This document shows, one piece after another, positions 52,312 to 64,000 of a stretch of DNA of 64,000 nt (position 1 is its first letter; every line of letters starts with the position of its first letter). The notes beneath the pieces are model-generated. The model did no database searches, was not told where the DNA came from, and saw nothing but the letters and a program-made list of their open reading frames with translations. This stretch comes from Paraspadella gotoi. Its lineage: Eukaryota; Animalia; Chaetognatha. Both the position numbers and the translations under genes were made by a program. The stretch lies in the NCBI GenBank assembly GCA_051294375.1, contig CM119264.1:15837049-15901048 (forward strand), in the 5' to 3' direction.

Positions 52312-52618
52312 TGTGGATAAGGCGCTACGTGGGCTGAAAATGACTGTCCGTAACTTCTATAACCCCCTCTAGCAGCCATGGAAAGGGTCCCTGGGCTTGG
52401 AACCAGGCTTGAGGGTTTGCCATGCCCCCAAGGCGGCTTACAGCCGTCCTCACGGCGTGAGGCTCACGCTTCCCGCAGGGTAGGTACCGGGTTGGGATTG
52501 AACCCGGTACCCAGTGGTCATGAGCTGATGGCTTTACTCAATGAGCCACCGGGTCACAACTGAAAGTGTCATGCTTCTAGGCGAGGTGAACCTAGGCATT
52601 AGGCAATGCCCGACTACA
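52312..52618 (-). mobile_element. Solo-LTR-like unit with tRNA-Met-like head and twister-like motif (family III), inserted in a HINE
   Basis: Termini TGTAG...CCACA on the minus strand, 4-bp TSD CATT (52308-52311, 52619-52622). A box TGGCTCATTGAG, loop CTCATGA, B box GGTTCAATCC. GA-GGA...TAA GCC GC C, P3, P4 CCTGG/CCAGG with loop TTCCAAGC (about 52385-52474). Confidence 0.78.
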
Positions 52619-54499
52619 CATTCTGACATGATATATGTGATTGCCCGTCAAGATTGAGGGGGCGGACCGACAAAGTGAATTATAAAGTCGGGATCTGCTG
52701 AAAGCAGATCCGACTAAAAATCACCGACTAGAAAATCTTAAACAGTGAATGTAAAATTTTACTATATTTTTGAAAAAGTAACTTCTTGACGTATATGAGA
52801 AAGAACCCAAAAAATCGGCAAAAGATCCTTAATCGATCAAGGAAAGATAAATTTTTAAAATTAAAAACACAACAAAAACTTTTACTTTCGTTACTTCAGA
52901 TTCTTTGTCACTATTGAGCACAAGGTTTGAAATAAATCAGTCAATCAAAACGTTGGGGGGCCAATTGAAATAACAAAAAATATAAGAAATTCTTGCTTGT
53001 TTTTACGAAAATTTTGCAACCAAATCAAGAAGTTCTTAGTTAATAAGAGTTAATAGCGAACATTGAGCGAAAAAAGATACGTTATCCTATAAGGTAGTAT
53101 CCAATATATCATTCCGTTACCACTTTATTGAGCTAACGTGATAACTTTTTTTATATCTGAATAAATTTGAATAACTATTGTGGAGAGGGCGTTGAAAACT
53201 GGCGATTGCTTGGCACAGGCAATATCAAGTATGTTCATTAAAAATAAAACAGTTCAAATAGGATATTCAGTTTCGTATAACACTAAAAGTGCCTCGGTTA
53301 ATCTTTGGCATACAGCATGTGAAGAAACTTGAGTTAGCATTCTGTGTATTAGCTTTTCTTTCCTACAATTGACAACAATAGTCAAACATATAAGGTATCT
53401 ATATGACTAACTTATCAGAACTCTAAACAAGTATGGAACTATGAATGAACTTTTATGAAGGAACAACCGAAAAAAATGCACAATTTGTCCAATTTAATGT
53501 AAACCAGCTATATCAACTTGGTTTTAGTTCACGAAAAGTTCTGGTAGAGTAAAACAAGCCATTTGCATAAAGTAAATCAACATTAAAAACCGATAGATGA
53601 AAAATATATCAATTTTCGCTCCCGAAGGAAGGAGCATAGGAAAGGCGAATTTACAACACGAAAAAAAAAAATAAAACGGAGGCTTTCAAATTTGGAATAT
53701 ATCAAAATATGTTAACGAGTACAATCCTGATAGGCTAATGGCAAATAACTAGGAGCCGACGTCGTTCTGAGAGATCGAGGAAGAATTTTTCAATGGAGAT
53801 TTTCATTCAAATCTGACTACAAAACAATATAAACGCTCCTGGGAAAAATTCTGGTAAAAAATCGATGTAAAAACACTTGATTCCGATCCTGTTGCATCTG
53901 AAGGGCTCGCATTTTTTTTCTCTTGTCAAATCATCATCATCTTGGTATTAAACAAGCCAGAACAAATAGACTGCTTCTGTACGGAAAAATTTTCCATCTT
54001 TGATTTTATATAGAAATGAAAAAGATTTTATCCCCTCAAGACAATATAAACGTATTTTATATATGTTCTGGTTTTACAAATGACGTAAAATTCAGGAATC
54101 CTCTGGAAAAGTGTCTGAAGGGCTCTCAAAATTTTTCTTTACAATTCATTTAGTTATTTTAGTATGATACGATCATGGTAAAGTGAATTAGTCGATTTTG
54201 GTAAAATTTTTATTTAAACTAAAAATAAAAGAAGAGCTAACGATTGGAATTCTAAGAGTTTTCAACCGGGAGTCAGATTCGGGAAAAATCTTCTATGGCA
54301 AAAATCTTCCAAAGGGGTGGATTTTCCGAAGATATTGGTTAATATTTTTTATATTTATAGTCGGATTTTTTTGAAACTTAACAATAGCAATATTGCCATC
54401 ATTCTACATTGGCCGGTATAAGAATATATTAAAAAAACCTCGGGCTTTTTTCATCAGAGCTTAGTCCTAAAATAATCTATTTGTTAATTTCTTAAGTAC

Positions 54500-55400
54500 T
54501 ATGGTGAACTTAAATCCACCAACCGTTCATCAGCAGCCATTGATGCAGGCTCTGGTTAAAATTTGGCATATTGTGTGCCAGATTTGGCATAATTTCAGAC
54601 CGTTTAGCCAGTAAAAAAATGTTCTGGCATATAGCATACAATCTGGCATATTCAAAATGTGAAAAAAATTTTAGGTTTTTCGATCTACAGCATTGGACAG
54701 AGTATGAAAAACACTTCCTTTGGCAATGTAAATCTGTATTAAATATGTTATTTGCTTATTTTATTATTTATTTCTTTGATAACAATAACAATAAAGCCAA
54801 AGTATTTGGTTAATACCGATTTTCCTCTGAGATGCTTGTGTAGTTCAGTAATACTAGTAATAGCATGTTAAAGCAACTTTCCAAGAGCAAAATACTATGA
54901 CGTCGGTTGGTTGGTCTGTTTGAAAATTACTGCTGCAAAACACCTTTTACAGGACTTGACCGGTTATATGGCTCATCGCTTAAGCATTAAGAATTAATCA
55001 ATTCACAAAAAATCTCATTTTTTTGGTCTTTTTGTTTTTATCTGTCTTAATAATTTTACATAGGCTCTAATAATAATCATTTTTCTGTACTCTTGTAATA
55101 GTTTTGCATTAAATTAGCTAAAATATAATTTGGCATAATATTTAGCATACTAAAAAAAAAACTAACCATTTTTAGCATAATTTAGGGCGCTATCTGGCAC
55201 ACGTTTTTTCTGCAGAGTTTTAACCAGAGGATGCAGGAGGTAAGTCATTCGCCTCCAAAACCAAAGGTCCGGGGTTCTAGCCCGGTGGTCGCATAGCAGT
55301 TAAGAGGGACGGGGCTCTTAACCCGCCTGTAACACAGTGTTACAGCCTGATTCGAAGCTCGGTTCAGTCACTAACTCATAGCAATTATTACCGTCTCTTA
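54500..55400 (+). mobile_element. Family I solo-LTR-like unit interrupted by a MITE
   Basis: 5-bp TSD AGTAC (54495-54499, 55401-55405). The halves 54500-54549 and 55238-55400 rejoin into a family I unit. The 3' strand of twister P5 is deleted. Confidence 0.78.
54550..55229. mobile_element. MITE with 8-bp TSD (680 bp)
   Basis: TIR CTCTGGTTAAAA/TTTTAACCAGAG and TSD GATGCAGG (54542-54549, 55230-55237). Confidence 0.85.
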
Positions 55401-55728
55401 AGTACCAAACGTTAAAATATTTTTGCGTCAATGAATTATGTCAAAATAAACCAGCCATTTGGATCACACTCAGTACGAAAAATAGTCTCAATAGTTACGA
55501 TATAAAATGAAAATCAAAAATATTAAAAATTATAAATTGCGGAAATTAAGAATAGTTTAACTAATTAATAGGCTAAATCAATCAAAAGAAGATACTGATG
55601 ATTTAGCCGTTGATCACAAAAAATAAAATAAATTTAAGATGCGTATAAATATCAGCAACGACGAACAAAAACCAATAAAAAAAAGCAAAATCTCGTCCTC
55701 CTTCGAATGCAAAAAAGATTCTTTTCCT

Positions 55729-56306
55729 TCATCTCGGCGGTTTGGTCGTACCATCCCCTTCTCCAGACGTAAAATCTAGCTTTGGAACCACGGAAATCAC
55801 AGAATTTTGATGATATTGTTGTTGTTCTTGATATTTTTGTAAATGGCGTTGGTGCTGCTCCTGCTGCTGCGAGGAAATCGATCCGTGATAATTAAAATGT
55901 GCTGAAGAGGAAACTGGATGAGGCTGGTTGTTCATGTAAGCGGGTATACTACCGATGTCGCCTTGTGATCCTGCGGAGGTTGACGAAGTAGTTGTCGTCG
56001 TCGTCGTCACTGTCGTCGTAGGAGTTAAGTGGGAACGATACGTTTGAGAGGGGGGTTGCCCGGGATGACTGTATCTGGAATCGATAATGTTCACCTCAAG
56101 ACCATTTATGAGCCGGAGCGGTGGCACCATTGGCGAATGATGATATTGCAGATGAAGTTCGTGTTGTTGGTGCTGCTGGAGTTGGTGGGCCTTGTGTTGC
56201 TGGGTAATTCGTCGGCGAGTAAGCGGTTCATCGAGGTAAGAGGTCACAATGACAGGATGAGCCGGTTTACCCGTCATATTCGAAGGATTACCGCCTTGGC
56301 GCGTTT
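55729..56306 (-). CDS. Coiled-coil protein gene, terminal Q/H/T-rich exon
   Basis: Acceptor tcttccag|AA is phase compatible with the 60553 donor. Open to the stop after ...GTTKPPR. Confidence 0.7.
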
Positions 56307-56684
56307 CTGGAAGACAAATTACGTAATTAAAGATTATTTTATTAGGAAAATATAAGATATATAATAATGTCTTATTTTATTAATTACTAATATTTAAGAT
56401 TATTGTATTTGTGATTACGACGAGTTGACTAAACATTAAATTATTAAAAAACATTAGTATGAAACGTGACAGACCCCAAAAAATAAATGTGGCGGAAATT
56501 TATTATCACAAAATAAAAGGGTACAGAGAGACTTTTACAATGGTTGAGAGATCATGATAGAGTGAACAAGATCAGTTCATCCAATATGTTAAGCAGCAGT
56601 GACTTTATTTTCACGTGTATTTATGACACGCACTGCATCAGAATTCCATCTTTTATTCTTTATAGTTTTATAATTTCCTGAAGG

Positions 56685-56955
56685 CGATGATAACCAAATA
56701 TTGATGCGATGACATTCATTCATTGATGCGATGATAACCAAATATTGATGCGATGACATTCATTCATTGATGCGATGACATTCATTCATTGATGCGATGA
56801 CATTCATTCATTGATGCGATGACATTCATTCATTGATGCGATGACATTCATTCATTGCTGCAATGACATTCATTCATTGACGCGATGAAATTCATTCATT
56901 GACGCGATGACATTCATTCATTGACGCGATGATAGTCATTCATTGACGCGATGAC
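56685..56955. repeat. About 21-bp minisatellite (CATTCATTCATTGATGCGATGA)-like
   Basis: Tandem units. Related arrays at 20775-21022 (reverse) and 61862-62100. Confidence 0.9.
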
Positions 56956-57367
56956 AGTGTATGAGTGAGAGAGAAAAACCGAGAGAGAGAAAGAGAAAAA
57001 GAAAGAAAGAGAAAAAGAGAGAGAAAGAGAAAAAAAAAAGAAAGAGAAAAAGAAAAAGAAAGAAAAAGAAAGAAAAAAAAGAGAGAAAGAGAGAGAAAGA
57101 GAGAGAAAGATAGATACAAGCTGGATAACCGCTGGAGAGCCGCTGCAGCTGTCCTCGTTTTTAGACGAATCAGAAGAGTCGGCGATGGAAAAAAAAGCGA
57201 GAGCGCGATACCCCGTGTCCGTTCGCGAGTGACACCAAAAAAATGCGTACCATTTCTCATTGGATAAATATTTTTTAAATTTTTTTTCCTCATTCTGGAG
57301 CAAAGTACTGGACGTTTATTATATTTTAATTTAATAAGATGAAATTGATATTTACTCATGTAAAACT

Positions 57368-57599
57368 TATGGTGGACCAAAATCCACCAACCGTTCATTA
57401 GCGGCCATTGGTGCCGGAGGCAAGTCATTCGCCTCCCAACCCAAAGGTCCGGGGTTCTAGCCCGGTAGTCGCCTAGCAGTTAAAAGGGACGGGGCGCTTA
57501 ACCCGCCTGTAACATGGTGTTACAGCCTGATCCGAAGCTCAGGGACTGCTTATATTGAACTGTTCTGTCATTAACACAATAATTATCACTGTCTCTTCA
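57368..57599 (+). mobile_element. Solo-LTR-like unit with tRNA-Gly-like head and twister-like motif (family I)
   Basis: Termini TATGG...TTCA, flanking AACT repeat. A box 57409-57420, B box 57453-57462. Twister-like fold 57475-57550 (P5 AGCAGT/ACTGCT, P3 TGTAAC/GTTACA, P4 CCTGA/TCAGG, loop TCCGAAGC). Confidence 0.78.
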
Positions 57600-58991
57600 A
57601 ACTTTTCTTTAATGGTCATCCAATTTAATCTTCAGTAAACAAGTTTGAGCAAACAATGTCGGATCTGCCCACGATCATTAGCGGTAATTAATTAATACAA
57701 ACTATATAAACTAAAACAATTTAATTAATAAATTAATTATTTTGATCCAAAATGTTTGTTTTTAGGTCTTTTCGTCAGTGACCACGACAAAAAAAAGACG
57801 ACGATGATGGCGATGACAACAATAATGCTGATAACGATTGACTTGATTGACTGATTAATTTATTAAATAATTAATTAATTTATAAATAAATTGATTGATT
57901 GAATAATTAATTAATAGGGAACTAAATAAATTATTTTATTGAATAATTAATTGATAGATTAATTGACCGACTAATTAATTATTTATTAATTGATTAATTA
58001 ATTAACTTATTAATTATTTGATTAATTAATACATCTTGCATTTACATTTAATATAAAAACAAGTTAAAGCAAACAGTGTCGGATCTGCCTACGATAATTA
58101 AGCGGTAATCGGATGATAACTCGCATCATTTTTTCAACTCGCATCATTTTTTCAACTCGCATCATTTTTTCAACTCGCATCATTTTTTCAACTCGCATCA
58201 TTTTTTCAACTCGCATCATTTTTTCAGATTAATTAATTAATTAATTAATAAATTAATTAAAACATTTATTAGTAATCATAAATAATAAAGATTCAAGTAA
58301 AAGTGACTTATGTTTTTTCCATTTAAACTCAGTTCCACTCGCACAATTCCATCAAAACTTTATATCTAGCTTCTTCACACACTTTCCTACCCACACACAA
58401 AATTTCATCTCAATCTATTAATACAATTATGATTAATTCGAGTAATTAATAATAGTTATTTCCACTCGCACGATTCCATCAAAACTTTATATCCAGCTTC
58501 ATCACACACTTTCCTACCCACATACAAAATTTCATTCCATTATTGGAGCTTTTTGCTAAGGTGGGACGGTCGGACGGACAGACCGACAAAGAGAATTATA
58601 GAGTCGGATTCTGCTGAAAGCAGATCCGACTAAAAAAATAAGCATAATAATTAGTAAAACAGGTTTTTTGTTTTTTTCACTCGCACGATTCCATTGAAAC
58701 TTGATTTCCAACTCCATCACACACTTCCCTACCCACACACAAAATTTCATTTCAATCCATCCATCCCATCACGAGTAATTGGAGTTTTTTGCTAAAGTGG
58801 GACGGACAGACAGACAGACGAACGAATGGATGGACGGACATCATTTTTTTTGCATAATTTATCATAATTCGATATTCTGACATGATATATGTGAATGCCC
58901 GACAATATTGAGGGGGCGGACCAACGGAATACATCAGCCTGTAGCAGGGACACTTTCCTAGATATTTCACCAAAAATTGGGAAAATTTTCA

Positions 58992-60297
58992 GTCGGATCT
59001 GCTATAATTCACTTTGTCGGTCCCACCCCAAAATATTGTCAGTAAATCATTATTATCATATCAGAACCTTGAATTATGATAAATTATGAAAAAAAAGTTA
59101 AGTCCATCCGTCCGTCCGTCGGTCTGTCCGTCCCCCCTTAGCAAAAAATCTATTTCACTATTTGAACGCCAATTGCTCATGACTTGAAATTGGTGGTAGA
59201 AAAGTGTGTGATTGAGCTGGATATAAAGTTTCGATGGAATTGTGCGAGTGGAAATGAGTTAAAATGGAATAAACAAAAGTCATATTTACTTGAAGTATTT
59301 TTACTTAAATTTACTCATAATTATTATGTTTATTAAAAATTGGATAGATAAATTGAAATGGAATTTTGTGTGTGGGTAGGAAAGTATGTGATAAAGCTGG
59401 ATATAGATTTTTTGATGGAATCGTAGAAGTGGAAAAGAGTTCAAATTAGAAAACCAAAAGACACATTTATTTGAATTTTTTTAAGTTTCTATCTCTCTCT
59501 GATTGATTGATTGACAAAAATATGCCAGTTGACCAGATTATGCCAGTTGACCAAATTATGCCAGTTGACCAAATTAATGCCAGTTTGACCACATTATGCC
59601 CAGTTGACCAAATTATGCCAGTTGACCAATTAGCCAGTGACCATATTATGCAGTTGAACAGTCAATTATGCAGTGACCAAATTATGGCCAGTTGACCAAA
59701 TTATGCCAGTTGACCAAATTATGCCAGTTGACCAAATTATGCCAGTTGACCAAATTATGCCAGTTGACCAAATTATGCCAGTTGACCAAATTATGCAGTT
59801 GACCAAGTTATGCCAGTTGACCAAATTAATGCCAGTTGACCAATTATGCCAAGTTGACCAAAATAACATGCCAGTTGACCAAATATGCCAGTTGACCAAT
59901 TATGCCAGTTGAACCAAATTATGCCAGTTGACCAAATTATGCCAGTTGACCAAATTATGCAGTTGACATCATTGACCAAATTATGCCAGTTGACCAAATT
60001 ATGCCAGTTTGACCAAATTATGCCAGTTGACCAAATTATGCCAGTTGACCAAATTATGCCAGTTGACCAAATTATGCCAGTTGACCAAAATAATGCAGTT
60101 GACCAAATTAATGCCAGTTGACCAAATTATGCCAGTTGACCAAATTATGCCAGTTGACCATAATGATGCCAGCTGACAAAATTATGCCAATTGACCAAAT
60201 AATGGCAAGTTGATTAAATTATGCAAGTTTGACCAAGTTAGCTTATTACCACTTAATTATCGTTTGCAGATCCGACTTTGTTTGCTCAAACTTGTTT
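58992..60297 (+). mobile_element. Helentron-associated (HINE/DINE-1-like) element, family 1, carrying an 18-bp minisatellite
   Basis: 5' AGTCGGATCTGC (hairpin with GCAGATCCGACT in intact copies), (GTCC/GTCT)n tract, 3' sub-TIR GCAGATCCGAC plus stem-loop GTTTG-CT-CAAAC, in T-runs, no TSD. Other copies or fragments at about 1-836, 21196-22813, 24550-25575, 28313-29403, 30105-31046, 37417-38011, 39224-39438, 46860-47400, 52118-52715, 57637-58925. Confidence 0.8.
59515..60235 (+). repeat. 18-bp minisatellite (GTTGACCAAATTATGCCA)n
   Basis: Head-to-tail units without spacers. Reverse-complement arrays at 21862-22100 and 24560-24720. Confidence 0.95.
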
Positions 60298-60552
60298 TTT
60301 ACTATGTGAAAAATTTGATTACTTACAAAAGTGTTCCGTATTACCCCGCACTACCCTATTAACTAAGTTATGCAGCATTGACTTTCTGTTCAAATAATTA
60401 ATTACATTTTGAGGCGATCACTCGTGGAAGATACAAGAGGACGAAAAAACGTTCTAAATTTCTTTAGTGTTTTGATGAACATTAACAGTGGTGTTAAGTT
60501 ATAAGTTATAAAAAATGACTTAATGATAGACAGAAAACCAGGAAATCGGTAC

Positions 60553-60780
60553 CTGCAAAGGAGACGTTGTAGATGCCACTACCCACAACGTTCCCGCTGA
60601 CGTCAAAAACGGAAACGCGTTGATTGTATGGAGCTGAGGAGGAGCATTGATGCGAGGACTGTTTGGTCGCAAGTATCGCGTTTGTCGAAGATGGATGACT
60701 AGCAGCAAACGTTTTCCCCCGTTGAGAGTTGGTAGAGTTGAACGTTGGTTGGGGAGTATCAGATTCATTGTGAGGAATTC
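60553..60780 (-). CDS. Coiled-coil protein gene, next exon (low complexity)
   Basis: Acceptor aaacacag|GA, 228 nt open in the spliced frame (GIPHNESDTPQP...NVSFA), donor G|GTACCG. Confidence 0.7.
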
Positions 60781-60862
60781 CTGTGTTTGAAAGAAAAAAC
60801 GGTTTAAAAATAATTCGACGATAAAAAAGCGAAACGGGGACAATGATGTGTCAAAATCTCAC

Positions 60863-61160
60863 CACGATAATCTGTGAAGGCTTCAGGGATGACCTGAAAG
60901 CTGACTCCAGCTGATCTTTGGGTAGAATGATTCAAGACCTCCGCGACCCCGGCCTCAAAGGCCGACTGGCTAACAGAGGAGATCTTGGTAGACTGCAGAT
61001 CAGACGCCATGATCTCTGACTGTAGTTTGTTGTAGACGGCCATCTTATCGTTAAGAGCCTTTTCAACGAGTCCTATTTCTTCCGCCATGAATCGAGTTTC
61101 GGTGCCAATTTTAACCCGCCGCTCCAACTCGGACTCTTGCTTCTTGTGCATTTCAGTCAT
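60863..61160 (-). CDS. Coiled-coil protein gene, next exon
   Basis: Acceptor cttaaag|ATG. EEIGLVEKALNDKMAVYNKLQSEIMASDLQS weakly resembles the RASSF7/8 coiled-coil end (L.DK..E...L..E.R..NLQ). Donor G|GTGAGA. Confidence 0.7.
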
Positions 61161-61269
61161 CTTTAAGAGCCGGGGTGCGGTTGAGGAGGTGAGACAATGG
61201 TGAAAAATGGAAAACTAGTATAACTAAATCATTTACAATTTGAATACGGAAAGGGTAACGGTGCCCCAC

Positions 61270-61470
61270 CTCGTGCCTTCCGATCTCCTCAAAGGCTGTT
61301 TCCAGAGCCTCACCCTGGAGAACAGCTTGCACGCTGGCGAACCTCCATTTGGACTCTTCCAATTGGTCGTCGAGTATAAGAATTTGGTCGCCAATCTGAA
61401 GGAATAGGTTCAATTGGTCCGTCGGCACCGACGATAAAGAGGCAAGAGTATCGTGAAAGTGCATCCTCGC
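61270..61470 (-). CDS. Coiled-coil protein gene (possibly RASSF7/8-like), first traced exon
   Basis: Acceptor ttcccgacag|GCG, 67 open codons, donor GAG|GTGGGG, in frame with the next exon. Confidence 0.7.
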
Positions 61471-62146
61471 CTGTCGGGAAAAATTAGAAATAAAGAAGAA
61501 AATTAAAATGAAAAACATTTTAATAATGCATTGTCAGTTCAGAAGTCAAATATTGTTTATAATTTTTGCTATATATTTTGACAGTTTCCTACGAATTAAA
61601 AACAACCATAATAAACATAGGATTTAGCTTGCCGTCCCATTCTCCTCTTCCTCTTCTTTCCTCCTCCTGCCCCTCAGTATATTTTGTCTTGAGATACATT
61701 TTCTTGTTTCTACTCTTCGCAAAATAAATAATTTTCCCTCTATTTCTTCACGCCTTCAATACCCCTCAAGTGGCGCCCTCTTCGCGGATTAAGTTTTCCG
61801 TGTGAACCCTTAGCAAAAAATCTTAAAAGCATAAAGATCGAGCCGCTTTCGTTTCCAGATAGTAACCAAATATTGATGCGTTGATACCAAATATTGATCG
61901 CGATGATAACCAAATATTGACGCGATGATAACCAATAATTGATCGATGATAACAAAATGACTGATGTGATGATAATCAAATATGATATGCGATGATAGTC
62001 ATTCATTGATATGATGATAATCATTCATTGATACGATGATAATCATTCATTGATACGATGATAGTCATTCATGGATGCGATGATAGTGATTCATTGACGC
62101 GCTGAATCATTCATCGTAAATAAAACAAACAAATGCGTGTATGAGT

Positions 62147-62213
<67 letters not shown>

Positions 62214-64000
62214 CTGGACCGTTTTCCCCGCCAACGAAACGCATTATTAGGTCTCTCTCGTTTTATATAAAGAATAATCAGAATTTTTAGAAAAAAAAAT
62301 CCACGAAAATCTCGGATGTATTTTTGTGATTTTGTATTGAGAAAAAAGCGCGAATAAATGGCGATAATAAAAGTTTTTAGAAGGAAAAAAGAGAGAGAGA
62401 GGAAGAGAGAGGGAGAGAGAGAGAGAGAGGGAGAGAGAGAGAAAGAGAGAGAGGGAGAGAGAGAGAAGAGGAGGGGAGAGTGAGAGAAAGATGAGAGAGA
62501 GAGAGGAAAGTTCCCCACCAAAGAGACGCATTAATATTAGGTCACTCTCGTTTATATCGGTTATTCCGTTGCCTCGCAACGGCGTCGTGAAATTGGTCTA
62601 TGTTGATTTTTTTTTATACACGTAACGCGTTATTAGGTCATGTTTCCTCGACATTTTATTTTGTTGCTGCTCGCAACGACCACGAAATCTATAGGTTAAG
62701 TAAGTTATTGTATTTGGGATTTTGTATGAGATAAAATATAAATGGCGATAAAAAAAGTTTAGAAGGAAAAAATCACGAAAATCTCGGAATAAATGGCGAT
62801 AATAAAGTTTTTAGAAGGAAAAAAAGAAGAGAAGAGAGAGAGAAAGAGAGAGAGTAGAGGAGAGAGAAGGAAAGGAGATAGAGAGAAAAAGATGGTTCTT
62901 TTTTAGGAGAACCAGAACACGCAGGTCAAATTTAATTATTGTGCATATTAATGTAATTAGTATATAATAGTTTATCAATCAACTCATCAATAATTATTAT
63001 TTTTAAAAAAAAAGTTAAAGATTGATTAGAATATATACACTAAAAAAATATTATAAATTATTTAATAATAGGTACAAATATTCAGAATAACCTATGAAAA
63101 AAGTAATGTTAATCTTGACTATAGTCTTTCTTATAACTCTATTTTAGTATAATTTGCCATATGGGCCAAACCGGTCCAAAGTTGCAATAATAAATAAAAA
63201 CATTTTTTTTTTTATATAATGTGATGCATGCAATTATATTATTCGGCGAAAGTTGCTGCAATATAATAGGTCACATTAGCTCTATGTATATGTGAGAATG
63301 CACTTCATTATAAAGTTATTCTTCATCTTTTTTAAAAAAATAATAAGAAGCAGAGAGAGAGAGAGTAGAGAGATTGAAAGAAAAGAAAACCGAATTTCTT
63401 ATCCAATTATATTCAGATATAAATTGTGGATTTTGTATTGAAAAAAAAAAGCGCGAATAAATGGCGATAATAAAAAGTTTTAGAAGGAAAAAATAATCAG
63501 AATTTTTCAAAAAAAGACGAACGATCGTACAGAGTGAGAGAGACAGAAAGACAGAAAAGAGAGAAAGAGAGACAGAAAGAGAAAAAGAGAGACAAAGAGA
63601 CAGAAAGAAAGAGAAAGCTGGAAAGCCCAGCTGAACAGTCAGTGCGAACCTGAACTCGTTTTTTAAGGGTTCAGAAAAAGCAGCAACTGACAATTATAGG
63701 AAAGAAAAATCTATATATAATTTAAAGAAATAAAAGAAAGCAAAAATTGTTACAATTGTTTACAATTGGAAATTTTTCCAATTTTTTCCCAATCGCAGCT
63801 TGTAAAAGATTTAATTTATATTTGTATTAAAATTAAGATATAGCTTCTCATTAAAAAAATCCTTTGAGTTCCCATTTTTATTAAAAATTTAAAACAAATT
63901 TTTTGAATTTCATCTTCAATATTATATACTGCAATATGTAAATTAGATTAAAAGCATTTCTATATACTAATTTGGATATTATAAGGAGTACTTTAATCTC

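Noticed and set aside
54440-54468. Hammerhead at CTGATGA (minus strand)
   Set aside because: No stem II or GAAA-stem III follows, and it is part of a DNA-transposon-like end.
57401-57472. Functional tRNA-Gly gene or ordinary tRNA-SINE
   Set aside because: The anticodon and D stems pair poorly, and the head is embedded in a repeat with conserved upstream sequence, fixed ends and short TSDs.
59515-60235. CRISPR-like array or repetitive protein (MPVDQI)n
   Set aside because: Units are head-to-tail with no unique spacers, no cas genes are present and the context is eukaryotic. The ORFs are by-products of an 18-bp repeat.

Overview
AT-rich, intron-containing animal (invertebrate-like) genomic DNA, not prokaryotic. 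Three spliced protein-coding genes lie on the minus strand: a PHTF-family gene (5 exons traced, 23712 to 1646, continuing beyond the window), a complete 3-exon myosin essential light chain gene (29911 to 24319), and the 3' part of a coiled-coil gene possibly related to RASSF7/8 (61470 to 55729). Most of the rest is mobile DNA: a CsRN1-clade-like Ty3/gypsy element in PHTF intron 1, three Helentron-associated (HINE/DINE-1-like) families, 8-bp-TSD MITEs, a decayed Chapaev/Transib-like transposase, and minisatellites. Two ribozyme-bearing non-coding retroelement systems stand out. (1) Four related families of short GC-rich LTR-like units (about 230-310 bp, 4-5 bp TSDs) each combine tRNA-type Pol III A/B boxes with a downstream type-P5 twister-ribozyme-like fold whose stems and both pseudoknots covary between families. 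One copy (35140-35601) is a TRIM with LTR-PBS-PPT-LTR layout, and its PBS matches that of the gypsy element in this window. This looks like an animal twister-carrying LTR retrozyme/TRIM system. (2) Three TSD-flanked, ORF-less Penelope-like elements are built from two inverted pseudo-LTRs, each carrying a minimal hammerhead ribozyme. All calls were made by eye, without database searches or folding software.
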